A stretch of DNA of 64,000 bases, from positions 1-64,000 of the IMG/VR virus record IMGVR_UViG_3300017761_005873; one strand, given 5' to 3'. A program made the position numbers and the translations under genes. A model generated the notes under the pieces. The model searched no databases. It worked only from the letters and a program-made list of their open reading frames with translations, and was not told the origin of the DNA. The DNA comes from a virus. Positions 38,625 through 49,205 of the stretch are shown here, one piece after another (position 1 is the first letter of the stretch; the number at the start of each line of letters is the position of its first letter).

Positions 38625-39269
38625 TTAGTATTTATTTTGATGTTTTAAATAAATAAAATATGGAATTGTCTTTTCTATAAAAAAATTATCTTGAAAAGAA
38701 AAAAGATTTGTGAAATAATTAAAAATCTTTAAATCTTTATCATAAAAAAATTGTTTATCATTGAATAAATCATCCAAATCATTAAAACTTATTAAATCAA
38801 ACCAAAAAAATTCATTCAGATTTATTATAAAAATTTTGTTATTTATACTTGAATAACAATATAACATTTTATTTACTTGATAATAAATATCTATGTCTAA
38901 TGTTTTTATGTGTTCTATTAATTGTTTCTTCTCATTAATGTTTTTAAAAAAAACATCAATAATTTCAAAATTTAAAAAATTTAAATAAATATTATGAATA
39001 CCAATTATAAATTCTTCATATCTTTTTAGAAATTCTGATAAATATTCTTCAGGTGAATAACACCAATAAATATTTTTTTCAATATGATTATTACTTAAAT
39101 CAACTTTATTGGGATAAAGTTCTTTTGCCTTTTTAATACCAACAATTAATAATGGTTTATCGTTATATATTTTATTAACAATTGAAATATTTTTTGTAAT
39201 AGGATAATGGGAATATGTTGACAAATAAGGATTTGTCGAATCAATACCGTATAAATATGCCAATTTCAT
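38625..39269 (-). CDS. Hypothetical protein
   Basis: 214-aa ORF with TAGATTTG box upstream. Confidence 0.55.
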   Translation of the reverse strand: MKLAYLYGIDSTNPYLSTYSHYPITKNISIVNKIYNDKPLLIVGIKKAKELYPNKVDLSNNHIEKNIYWCYSPEEYLSEFLKRYEEFIIGIHNIYLNFLNFEIIDVFFKNINEKKQLIEHIKTLDIDIYYQVNKMLYCYSSINNKIFIINLNEFFWFDLISFNDLDDLFNDKQFFYDKDLKIFNYFTNLFSFQDNFFIEKTIPYFIYLKHQNKY

Positions 39270-39324
39270 AATTGCACAAATCTACGGAAAATTTTTAGAT
39301 TTGCCGTAATTTTATGAAAAAAAA

Positions 39325-42300
39325 TTAAAGATAAATTTGGTATTGTATTAATTTTTGTTGTAAATCTGAAGTAATATTATTATAAATATTTGAGTCTATA
39401 TATTTTGCACTATTGTAGTATGTTTGCTTAACCCAATTCCCATCTTTTGTTGCCAAATCTTTTATTAGTGCAATTGCTGCATCAGCATCACTACCTGATA
39501 CTATTGCTGCTCTTATGTTTATCATATTTGGGTCTTTGCTTCTTATACTACCAAATCCATATGAAACATATGTTAGTGCAATTTGTGCTTTTTGACCTAA
39601 TTTAGCAAATCCTGTTGGATTAACAGCCCTTGTAATATCTAAAAACTTTTTAAAGGTAAAATCAAATGCTTTATCTGCATGATTTTTTGTATAAAATTTT
39701 GTTAAATATCCTTTGTATTTATCATCATTTCTAGCAGCATCCCATTGAGCCAAACCACGTTTTGTTAAACTTTTATTATAATTATATTTTTCAACATGAC
39801 CATTATCTATTTTTTTAAAATTAATAATACCTGTACCTAAATCAATATGTCTGGGCCATTGTGTCTTATCACTTGGTAATGTTCTGTAATATTTACCATT
39901 AAATCTGTCATCGCCTTTTGCTTTTAAAGCACTATCTAATGCAAATATTTCACTACCATAACCTATTCTCCAATTGTTTACATCCCAATATGTATGGTCA
40001 ACAAATCCTTCTTTTGGTATAACAAATCTTCTAGCATTTGTATAAAAATCATCTGATGGGTTAAATGTTGGTAAATCAATATTTCCTAATACACCTAAAT
40101 CATTTAAACCTTGAGTATAAATATCATTATTAAGAAAATCAACAAATTGTTGTGTTATGATTGGATTTGTATCTTTTTTTAATCTATATCCTTTGAATGT
40201 TGTTTCTAATCTTTGTGTGTCTGCGTTAATTGAATGTGATACACTATGAATAATATATAGACCATCAAATAATGGCATATGTTCTTGGTAAAAATATTGA
40301 GTTGGTTGAATACCCATATTACCAAATGGTATTTTTACTGTTGAAACATAACTTTGCTTTTGATAAACATTTAATAATGATTGCCCTTTTGGTATTGCAT
40401 ATGAATTACTTGAATTATTAATAATTTCAGATTGTATTCTTAATCCTTCATCTGTATTTTTTAAAGATTCAGTTGATATTTGAAGATTTGAAAATACTGA
40501 TTGATTTTGTAATCCTGTGAATTTAACTAAAAATGCATTTAAGTCTGTTCCAAAATCTGATGGTATTTTATCTTTAGTAATTCCATCATTTTGCAATTGT
40601 GAAGTTGGTAATGAATTTGGATTGCTTGATAAAGCACCAACATACATTGCAACAAATACAGGTTTTGTTGTTTCGGGATTATTTAAATTTATATCAAAAA
40701 GAGTATTATAATTTTTTGTAGTTGTTATAAAACTTTGAAACGGATAAAACCAAAAATTATTATCAGATAATAGTCTTGATATTGAACTTAATAAACTAAC
40801 ATCAGTATCGTTAATATCATTTAATAATGTTTTAACATCTAAAATACAATCATTTCCTATATTTTTATATGCTCTATCAATAAATTTAAAAGAACTTGTA
40901 TCATTGTTATTTACCGAAAGTAATATATCAGCTTCTTCAACACCATGAAGATAATTTTCATAAATTATTTGAAAGGATTTGTAAATAGCTAATTTAACTT
41001 CAGGGTCATTAATGTATGAACCAAAAGATTTTAATTTATCTTGTATTTTTTTATCATCCTCTTTTATAAATTGTGCAACTTTAGGTAATAAAACTTTTAA
41101 ATATTGTGTATATAATGTATCAGAATCTATACCACCAGTAAAAAAACTATCAAAAACATTATTATTATCATATGATGTAAAAGAAAAATCATTAACACTT
41201 AAATATCTTTTTTGATAAAAATATTCAATAATTTCTTCACTATTACCTGGTGAACCTAAAGTTCTTTTAATACTTATTATGTCTACATTACTAAGAGATG
41301 GAATATTTGTATTTATAAAATAACTATAGCTAAAACCAAATTTTATTCTAGAAAGTTCATATTCTTCTAATAAATAATTATATATTGGTGTATTTTTTTT
41401 TATATATAATTTTTTTAAATCTAATAGTTTAAAAGAAACTGGAATGTCTAAAATATCTTTATTAGGATAAAAATCTACATTTGCTTTTAATAAACCACCT
41501 AAAACAATTAATATTCCTCTTGGTATTTCAATTAAAGATGGATATCTTGCATTATCATATAATTTAATCATATTAAATGCAGTTGGCATACTTGTAGTTA
41601 CAATATCTGGTCTTTCAACTAATGTTGATATAAACCCATCTTCATCAAGTTGTTTTTGTAATGTTTTGACAGCAAAAATACTATCATAATCACTTTCATT
41701 TTGATTTAATTTTGTATCTTGAATATAAAATATATTATCTTTTGTTATTTTATATTGAACTTTAGTATCATGTAATGTTTTCATAAATGAACTAATGATA
41801 TCACCAGGTTGTGAACTATCTGATATTAAATTTTTATTAGGTGATATTGTTGAAACTGTTACATAATTATCATCAAATAGTTTAATATTATTATATAAAG
41901 GTAAACTTTTTCTATCATTAACAGTTCCTTTAAATAATTCATGATTTTCATTTGCAAAAATACCATTTACTTCTTCATAGAAAAAATTATCAGAAAAAGT
42001 ATTTGATAATTGTGTTATATCTTTTTTTAATTTATCATTTAATGATACTGAATATGCAATATTTCTAGCCTCAATTTCTGCCATTAAAAAAAATAAAGAT
42101 TTTTTAATCTCTACACTATCAACATTTTTATCAACAAATAATTCCTTTGTAAATGTTAACCAATCTTGTTTAACATCTTGGGTATTAGTCCAATTAGAAT
42201 ATTCATTTGGTGTAAGATTTGTAAAACTAATATTTATATTTACCAAACATAAAAATCTTTCATAAATTAATTGATAAAATTCTTTATTTGTTTTGTTAAA

Positions 42301-43950
42301 ATATATATTTTCAACATTATTTTTATATGGTTCGTTATTAACGAATGTATAAAACTCTCTTGGGTTTAAAGGAGCATATTTACTTCTACCATCTTCTTCT
42401 CTATTTAATAAAGAATCAGAAATTATAGTATTTTTTAATGCTTGATAATATGAATCAATAAAATCCTCAATAAATATTATTTCAGACCAATTTTTAAAAT
42501 CATTTATTATTCCTGGATATACTAGTTTTCCATCTTGAATAACAGTTGGAAAACCCATTTTATCAAAAGTTTGTTGATTTCTATTCTCTGTATTAACAAT
42601 CTCATTGTATCCACTATCCCCTGCTTTTTTTATTCTACTCATTAGATAATTATAATCTTCAAAGATTATTTTAAATATATTACCTATTGATAATTTGGTT
42701 TCACCAAGAACTTCAGTTGGTAAATTAGATATTCTAACGTATTTATCATTATGAAATTTATATCCTTTTTCAAATATTTGGTTATCTTTATCATTAATTT
42801 TTTTAATTAATTCAGAATAATCAATAAATTCTATTACGAGTTGTGTAGTATTAAATGTTGTATAATCATATATTATTATATCTTCATTATCATCTAAAAT
42901 ATTAACATTTTTTTCTACTATTTCACGGATATATGTATAAAACTCACTTGACAATGATATATTTGTTAGTGAAGGAAAATTTATTTTATTATTTTTTAAA
43001 TCAAAAGTACAACTATTAACATAATTAATAACAGTATCTTTCAAACTTTGTGAAAAACTTATAAATTTTACATCTTCTTTAAACCAATTTAAAAAAATAT
43101 CTTTATTTTTAATATTTTCTAGTTTTTGTTGATAATTTGTTCTTTCTTCAGATAATTTTTGAAATTCTGCTTCATTTTCTTTTTCAACATCAGATTCAAG
43201 TGCTTGATTTAATTTTTCGTATAGTCTTTTTGATGAATTAGTTAATTCAAGAAAACTTTCAATAAATTCATCTTGTATGTTTACATCTGTACCATTTTTT
43301 AAATATGGTACTGCCATTAAATATAATAATGGTAAATCTGATAATGGTGAAAATCTATCTCCAATAAATTTACTTGTAATAATATAATTACCTGATTCAT
43401 CAACAGAAATATCATCTCTTATTTTCAATAATCTATATTCAATTATTGGACCAAATCCACCTTTAATTTTAAGTTGAAAAATAGGATATGGAAGTTGAAA
43501 CATTTTAGCATACTTACTATTAAAATCATTTAAAACATTTCCTCTTAAATCATAAAAAACTACAGTAACTTGTGGTATTTTATTTGCATCATATACAATA
43601 TCTACGCTATTAATACCAAAACCTTCATAGTTATTTTCAGTAGAATTATTTCCACCCATTAATTCATCTGTATATCTAGTTGAATAGTAAGTTTCATTAT
43701 CTTTATTTGTGAAATCTCCTCCTAACTTTAAAATAATACTATCCTGTACTGTTGACCTTGAACTAACTTCATCTCCAGTATATTCAATAAAGTTAGGATT
43801 TTTAGGTTTCATTGATAATTCAACAAAAGACCTAATATCTTCAAAATTAGGTATACCATTTTCAGTTGAACTAGTCCAAGGACTATTCTTTAATATTTGA
43901 CAATTAGGGTCTAATAAATTTATATTAACAAGATTGTTATCAACACACAT
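39325..43950 (-). CDS. Baseplate hub-like protein with C-terminal lysozyme-like domain
   Basis: GFGINSVDI...PQVTVVFYDLRG at the N-terminus, and IQPTQYF...DGLYIIHSVSHSI (gp27/VgrG-like end). C-terminal KEGFVDHTYWDVNNWRIGYGS resembles the GH24 EG-x-Y-x-D-x-IGYG motif. Confidence 0.65.
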   Translation of the reverse strand: MCVDNNLVNINLLDPNCQILKNSPWTSSTENGIPNFEDIRSFVELSMKPKNPNFIEYTGDEVSSRSTVQDSIILKLGGDFTNKDNETYYSTRYTDELMGGNNSTENNYEGFGINSVDIVYDANKIPQVTVVFYDLRGNVLNDFNSKYAKMFQLPYPIFQLKIKGGFGPIIEYRLLKIRDDISVDESGNYIITSKFIGDRFSPLSDLPLLYLMAVPYLKNGTDVNIQDEFIESFLELTNSSKRLYEKLNQALESDVEKENEAEFQKLSEERTNYQQKLENIKNKDIFLNWFKEDVKFISFSQSLKDTVINYVNSCTFDLKNNKINFPSLTNISLSSEFYTYIREIVEKNVNILDDNEDIIIYDYTTFNTTQLVIEFIDYSELIKKINDKDNQIFEKGYKFHNDKYVRISNLPTEVLGETKLSIGNIFKIIFEDYNYLMSRIKKAGDSGYNEIVNTENRNQQTFDKMGFPTVIQDGKLVYPGIINDFKNWSEIIFIEDFIDSYYQALKNTIISDSLLNREEDGRSKYAPLNPREFYTFVNNEPYKNNVENIYFNKTNKEFYQLIYERFLCLVNINISFTNLTPNEYSNWTNTQDVKQDWLTFTKELFVDKNVDSVEIKKSLFFLMAEIEARNIAYSVSLNDKLKKDITQLSNTFSDNFFYEEVNGIFANENHELFKGTVNDRKSLPLYNNIKLFDDNYVTVSTISPNKNLISDSSQPGDIISSFMKTLHDTKVQYKITKDNIFYIQDTKLNQNESDYDSIFAVKTLQKQLDEDGFISTLVERPDIVTTSMPTAFNMIKLYDNARYPSLIEIPRGILIVLGGLLKANVDFYPNKDILDIPVSFKLLDLKKLYIKKNTPIYNYLLEEYELSRIKFGFSYSYFINTNIPSLSNVDIISIKRTLGSPGNSEEIIEYFYQKRYLSVNDFSFTSYDNNNVFDSFFTGGIDSDTLYTQYLKVLLPKVAQFIKEDDKKIQDKLKSFGSYINDPEVKLAIYKSFQIIYENYLHGVEEADILLSVNNNDTSSFKFIDRAYKNIGNDCILDVKTLLNDINDTDVSLLSSISRLLSDNNFWFYPFQSFITTTKNYNTLFDINLNNPETTKPVFVAMYVGALSSNPNSLPTSQLQNDGITKDKIPSDFGTDLNAFLVKFTGLQNQSVFSNLQISTESLKNTDEGLRIQSEIINNSSNSYAIPKGQSLLNVYQKQSYVSTVKIPFGNMGIQPTQYFYQEHMPLFDGLYIIHSVSHSINADTQRLETTFKGYRLKKDTNPIITQQFVDFLNNDIYTQGLNDLGVLGNIDLPTFNPSDDFYTNARRFVIPKEGFVDHTYWDVNNWRIGYGSEIFALDSALKAKGDDRFNGKYYRTLPSDKTQWPRHIDLGTGIINFKKIDNGHVEKYNYNKSLTKRGLAQWDAARNDDKYKGYLTKFYTKNHADKAFDFTFKKFLDITRAVNPTGFAKLGQKAQIALTYVSYGFGSIRSKDPNMINIRAAIVSGSDADAAIALIKDLATKDGNWVKQTYYNSAKYIDSNIYNNITSDLQQKLIQYQIYL

Positions 43951-44067
43951 AAACAGTTACAAAAATAAATATTCTATTTTCTATAATTAGTTTTCTTTTA
44001 TTCATTAGTTTATATTGTTATTAGAACCCTTTTATTATGGTTTCCAGAATTTCCAATAAATAAATGA

Positions 44068-44991
44068 TTATTTAACTCTCCTTGTGGTTAGTTTAACATT
44101 AGATTTAATTTCATCATAACCTGTCTCATAAACAACTATCATATCATTTTGTCTCTTAGTAATAAATCTACTATACTTTTCAGGACAATTTATTGATAGA
44201 TATTTTCTTACATTAAATGTAATAGGAAATGAATCAATTAACTTAAATTTTTTCTTATATTCTAATAAAGATAATAAAGAAGATTTTTTCTTCATCTTAG
44301 AACCCCAAGATTTACTTCTATTAAATTTATTAGATATAAAAGAATTAGAAACACCTAAATATTCTTTATCATCCATATAGAGATTAGAACTAAGGTGGTT
44401 TGGATTTTCCTTTTTAATTGAATCTCCCTTAGTTTTTTTCTCTGAATTATAAATATTCTTTAAATATCTCTTTGTATTTTCGCTACCATTATCATAGCGT
44501 TTTAACAAATTATTGCTAACTAAATATTGTTTAAAAATTAATTTATTTTTATATTTTAATTGATATTTTAAAATTAAACTTTCAGTAGCACTAAATGTTA
44601 AAAATTTAAGATTCTTAAAATCAGATACATTTAAAACAAATGATGTCTTAGTTAAGATATCATCATTATAATCATTATTTATGTATACTAATCTTTTTAT
44701 CTTTTTTAAACCATTTATAAAAAGTGTATTAGTCTTAATATTATATCCAAAGTAATTTTTATCTATTAAACTTTGAATATGTTTATTTAGTGTTCTTTGA
44801 CTAATATCTAAATGGTTTGAAATATCGTTTTTAATTTTATTATTTAACTTACAATTCCCTGATGTATGAAATGCAAAACTTAAATATGTTTTAAATTCAT
44901 TGAATTCATAGGTAGATGAAGACACAATTGTGTTCACCATTTGTAATGGCAAATGCATATGTGTTTTAACCTTACTCACCCTTAAATTCAA
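44068..44991 (-). CDS. Basic helix-turn-helix DNA-binding protein
   Basis: ISNHLDISQRTLNKHIQSLIDKNY (wHTH-like) and a second HTH-like SNSFISNKFNRSKSWGSK. TTG start with its own TATATTTG box. Confidence 0.5.
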   Translation of the reverse strand: MNLRVSKVKTHMHLPLQMVNTIVSSSTYEFNEFKTYLSFAFHTSGNCKLNNKIKNDISNHLDISQRTLNKHIQSLIDKNYFGYNIKTNTLFINGLKKIKRLVYINNDYNDDILTKTSFVLNVSDFKNLKFLTFSATESLILKYQLKYKNKLIFKQYLVSNNLLKRYDNGSENTKRYLKNIYNSEKKTKGDSIKKENPNHLSSNLYMDDKEYLGVSNSFISNKFNRSKSWGSKMKKKSSLLSLLEYKKKFKLIDSFPITFNVRKYLSINCPEKYSRFITKRQNDMIVVYETGYDEIKSNVKLTTRRVK

Positions 44992-45023
44992 AATAAAAAC
45001 TTTACTGAAGTCAAATATATGCT

Positions 45024-47237
45024 TTATTTTGGCATTAGACCTTTTTTGACAATAATTGGAATCATTCTTTCTACTTTTTTATAAAACTTATCCCCATCAA
45101 TATCAATCGTAATATCATTTTTAATAACAGGATTACCATCAAGAGTAACCTTCATAGTTCCACTTGCAAACAATTTACCTAAATTATCTAATTTTGATAA
45201 ATCAATAGAATTAATTCTGTTTAAAATATCAAACATTTCATTCATTCTTTCAATATCACTTTCTTTGAAGTTTTGTAAAACTTTCAATTTATCCATGTTA
45301 TTGAAATCTACATTATTCAATGATTCTAAACCTGTAAAATTTAAATTTTCTGTATTAAAACCTTCAAACATTTTACCAAGACCATAACCTGCTGCACCAA
45401 CACCTGCTCCAATCAAAGCAACAGCAGCACCCAACTCTATTAACGACACAGCAGCAGCAGCAGCACCAGGTGCTAAAGTAATTAAAGAAGATATACCACC
45501 TGTTAACAATCTAAATGCACCACCAATACCACCTGCTATTAAACCTACCAAACTCTTAATTAGCCCACCACCCAAACTAAATACAGCAGTTGCTGCGGTT
45601 GCACCAAATAATAAACCTCCAATAGGTAATATCCCAGCAATTGATTTCATTTTACCTGTTGATTCTCTCCAACCATCCATAATACCATTAAACCATTTTA
45701 ATGTATCATTAATATATACTAACAATGGCAGTAATGATGCTTTTAATTGCATTACTGTATTATCAAATGTTTCATTAAAGTTTTGTGAATCTTCTGCTCT
45801 TTGTTTTAATGTTTTTTCTTGCTGTCTTAAAAGACTTATTTGTTCACCTGTTAATTCATTTACTTTAAAGTTTTTACCATCAATTTCAATTGTAGCAATG
45901 CTTGAACCTTTTTGAAAAGTTGCTAAATTAGCAATGATTTCCTTGTCTTCCTCTGTACCTCCAATTATTTGTTTTCTTGCTAAACTTACTTGATTGAATT
46001 TTTTAGCTGACTCAACTAATTTAGTAAAATCTTGATTTGTTGCTTCTGCTGCTGACCTTAAAATATCCATATTAATATCAGAAACCTCAAATACACCTGT
46101 TTCTTTATTAAATGATGCCATACCTTTGGTCATTTTGGCTAATTCTGCTGTTAATTTTTCAGGTTCATTTCTTGCAAGAAACGAAATCTTAAATTCATCC
46201 ATTTTTGCAAATTCACCACCTAAAACTCTTAGTTGCGCTCCTGCTTCAAGTAGTCCTTCTAATGTTCTGAATTTATCAGCAACAGCAAAAGCATTTTCCA
46301 TTGATACTTTAAATTTAGTTGATTCTTGAACCATCTTTTTTAATCCATCAAGACCACCTTGAAATCTATATTGATTTAATTTACCTATGTTTGAAGTAAT
46401 ACCTTTTAATACAGTTGAAGAATTTAATCCAAGTTTTGCAGTTTCATTTACAGTACCCTCAATAAATTTAGTTGAATCATTAATTGAAGAACCTATATTC
46501 ATCATATTACCAAGAAAAGCAGCAGCCTCTTCATTAGCCATACCTGTTCCTTTGGCAATTAAAACCATATTACCAACTTGGTTTTCACTTAAAACATTTG
46601 CTCTACCTGTTGTCTCATTTAGAGTACTTTGCATTTGAACAAGTTGTTCCATATTTACACCAAATCGTGCTGAAATATTTACAGCACCTTCCATTTGTCT
46701 TCTAAAGTCTTCAGCACGTTCTCCTGTAATACCCATTGATAACTGCATTGACCTAATACCACCATCAATTTTTTGTAAATAACTCCAAATACTTTTTACT
46801 CCAAACTCTTGTTTAAGCCAAGATTTTGTTTGTGAAATTAATTCATTACCAATTGCTTCAAGAGCATTTCTTTCTTGATTAATAACACTTAATTCATCAT
46901 TTATAATTTCTTTATTTTGTGCTAATAATGTTATTCTTTGTTTAAGTAATTTAATTCTTTCATGTTCTATTTGGCTCATAGCAAGACCACCTTCTCTTTC
47001 TCTTTTTTCAATGTAGGCTATGATTTCTTCCTCCTCCTTTTTTAATGATAATATAGTTTTTTCTAATGTTGTCCTTTGTCTAAGTCTTTCATTTATTGAA
47101 TTTTGAGTATTTAAAAATCCATTAATAGAACTATTTTGTTCACTAAGAATAGAACTAACTCTATTATAAACATCAGCAAGTTCATTTGCCGATGTTATAG
47201 TTTCTGCTAAAGCTTTTAATCTTTCCTCTGGTGTCAT
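45024..47237 (-). CDS. Tail tape measure protein
   Basis: Long helical Ala/Gln/Met-rich sequence with a C-terminal Gly/Ala hydrophobic segment. Lies downstream of chaperone-like genes. Confidence 0.7.
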   Translation of the reverse strand: MTPEERLKALAETITSANELADVYNRVSSILSEQNSSINGFLNTQNSINERLRQRTTLEKTILSLKKEEEEIIAYIEKREREGGLAMSQIEHERIKLLKQRITLLAQNKEIINDELSVINQERNALEAIGNELISQTKSWLKQEFGVKSIWSYLQKIDGGIRSMQLSMGITGERAEDFRRQMEGAVNISARFGVNMEQLVQMQSTLNETTGRANVLSENQVGNMVLIAKGTGMANEEAAAFLGNMMNIGSSINDSTKFIEGTVNETAKLGLNSSTVLKGITSNIGKLNQYRFQGGLDGLKKMVQESTKFKVSMENAFAVADKFRTLEGLLEAGAQLRVLGGEFAKMDEFKISFLARNEPEKLTAELAKMTKGMASFNKETGVFEVSDINMDILRSAAEATNQDFTKLVESAKKFNQVSLARKQIIGGTEEDKEIIANLATFQKGSSIATIEIDGKNFKVNELTGEQISLLRQQEKTLKQRAEDSQNFNETFDNTVMQLKASLLPLLVYINDTLKWFNGIMDGWRESTGKMKSIAGILPIGGLLFGATAATAVFSLGGGLIKSLVGLIAGGIGGAFRLLTGGISSLITLAPGAAAAAVSLIELGAAVALIGAGVGAAGYGLGKMFEGFNTENLNFTGLESLNNVDFNNMDKLKVLQNFKESDIERMNEMFDILNRINSIDLSKLDNLGKLFASGTMKVTLDGNPVIKNDITIDIDGDKFYKKVERMIPIIVKKGLMPK

Positions 47238-47242
47238 TTAAT

Positions 47243-48199
47243 TTATACAAAATTAGTAATATTTAGTGTTCCTTGTATTGGTCCTGGGGTAACGTTTCTT
47301 ATTTCAATAAAACAATTTATTGGATTGTTAAGCATTGTCCTAACATTAATCATTCCTTGATGTGCAAATAATATATCATAATTTTGTGTTATTATATTTG
47401 TATAATAATAACCAATTGGAATAGTATTAGGTCTATTACCAAATCCACTAGGTCTACTACTAAGATTTAAATTAACAATAGAAGATTGTGGTGTATTAAA
47501 ATTTCTAATTATATTTCCTACATTTGTAGGAAGTTGTTGTGCATTAAAAGTAAATGATATTTGATGCCTATTTTGTTGAGTACTTGATTGAGTATTATCA
47601 ATTCTTCTAAATTCTTGTGCAACCAAACCAACATAATAATTTGTATTTACCTGACTACCATATAGCGGTGGATTTTGACCTAATAAATTATTTAGATTTG
47701 AATATTTTCCTTTATTTAGATTTTGAAAATCACTTCCAATTCCTAACGAATAATAATAATTACCATTATTTTTTTGTGTAAAAACATTTCTAATATCTAA
47801 TGGATTATAAGTAATATTTTGACCTGAAATAGCTGTATATAAACTTAAAGAAGCATAATTTTCTAACTCTTCTATTGGCATACCTATTATTTCATTACCA
47901 ATATATGGATATAAATGTGCTACCTGATTACTATCACTAAAATATACACCAAATTCATAACTAAAAACATTAGGAAAAAATGGTTGATTAACTGAACCAA
48001 ATTTATAAAAATTAAATGTTAAACCAACTATGTCAGTAATAGTTCTAATACCTTCATCAGCACCTTCCAATCCCCTCCCTTTTGCAATTCTTGATGATTT
48101 AAATATATCTCTACCAAGATTACCACCTAATTGCCCACTTACTTGACGATATCTATTATTAATAGCTTCATTTAAAATCTTATAAGATAAAATTTGCAT
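47243..48199 (-). CDS. Hypothetical late protein
   Basis: 318-aa Asn-rich ORF with CTATTTATA upstream. Confidence 0.55.
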   Translation of the reverse strand: MQILSYKILNEAINNRYRQVSGQLGGNLGRDIFKSSRIAKGRGLEGADEGIRTITDIVGLTFNFYKFGSVNQPFFPNVFSYEFGVYFSDSNQVAHLYPYIGNEIIGMPIEELENYASLSLYTAISGQNITYNPLDIRNVFTQKNNGNYYYSLGIGSDFQNLNKGKYSNLNNLLGQNPPLYGSQVNTNYYVGLVAQEFRRIDNTQSSTQQNRHQISFTFNAQQLPTNVGNIIRNFNTPQSSIVNLNLSSRPSGFGNRPNTIPIGYYYTNIITQNYDILFAHQGMINVRTMLNNPINCFIEIRNVTPGPIQGTLNITNFV

Positions 48200-48224
48200 G
48201 TTATAATTTTAATATAAATAGACA

Positions 48225-48485
48225 TTAAATAGACTTATAACCTGCTGCTCTTTCTTTTTCCTGTAATAGTTTCTTATTTTTTTCAAAAATAATATTTATT
48301 ATTTTTTTACGAAAATAAGTTGGTATCATGTACATTACATCATAGTATGAATAATTATTTTCAACAAGAAAATTAATCTCTTGCGCTATTAATTCCTCAT
48401 ACCTTGGCTCTTGGATAAAAAAAGTCAATACCGAAGGTAATCTTACTACGAAAAAAGTCACCTGTGAATTTCCCTTCAAATTCAT
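48225..48485 (-). CDS. gp51-like tail/baseplate assembly protein, possibly expressed as a frameshift extension of 48397-49191
   Basis: QEINFLVENNYSYYDVMYMIPTYFRKKII resembles T4 gp51/GT-type chaperone C-parts. Overlaps the upstream ORF by 89 nt. Confidence 0.55.
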   Translation of the reverse strand: MNLKGNSQVTFFVVRLPSVLTFFIQEPRYEELIAQEINFLVENNYSYYDVMYMIPTYFRKKIINIIFEKNKKLLQEKERAAGYKSI

Positions 48486-49191
48486 AATTATAATTTAAAC
48501 CAGGTTCTACATCAAGTATATATGTTCTTAAATCTAATGCATCTTTTGGTGGCATTAGTTTAACAAACTTTTCAATAAATGTTCTATCAGTTTCACCTGC
48601 TATTGTTTCTATTTGTGTAATAATTCTTTCCTGCATATCAAAAATTGGTGAACCATTTTTATATTTTGCAAGTTTTTCAATTCTTTGGTCTAATTTCTTT
48701 TTTTCACCATGTGTTAACAATTTGAATGTCACATCTGTCTTACAAATTGGTAAGTGAAAACTATATGTGTTATCAGGACCTGTTGGTTGTATAATTTCTT
48801 TATACCCCATTTTTGATAAATCAATGGTGGTTTCAAACATTTGACCATTTGTATCACGAACTTGTACAGGATATTCTTCACCATATGCAAATCTTCTTAA
48901 AAATAGAAGTACAGCATCTAAATCACCTGTTAACAACTCTTCAATTGACATTGTTGAATTAAATTCAGGGTCTTTAATTTTATTTTTTGCTAGTAGTTCA
49001 AAACCTGTACCATTTTTGATATAGTTTTCAGATAAAAGATATTGTTCATCTGATGCAGTCATATACTCTACCATGACTTTATCAATACCTGATTCATAAA
49101 ATAGACCTTGTGATGGGAAATCAACATAGTCAGATACAACTTTTGGAAGCAAACTATCAAGTTTTGCTTTTGAATTTGAAACATTTTCCAT
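48397..49191 (-). CDS. T4 gp26-like baseplate hub/tail assembly chaperone
   Basis: FPSQGLFY, YMTASDE, LLTGDLDAVLLFLRRFAYG, FKLLT and terminal GIDFFYP motifs. Confidence 0.7.
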   Translation of the reverse strand: MENVSNSKAKLDSLLPKVVSDYVDFPSQGLFYESGIDKVMVEYMTASDEQYLLSENYIKNGTGFELLAKNKIKDPEFNSTMSIEELLTGDLDAVLLFLRRFAYGEEYPVQVRDTNGQMFETTIDLSKMGYKEIIQPTGPDNTYSFHLPICKTDVTFKLLTHGEKKKLDQRIEKLAKYKNGSPIFDMQERIITQIETIAGETDRTFIEKFVKLMPPKDALDLRTYILDVEPGLNYNYEFEGKFTGDFFRSKITFGIDFFYPRAKV

Positions 49192-49205
49192 AGATATAAT
49201 TTTAA

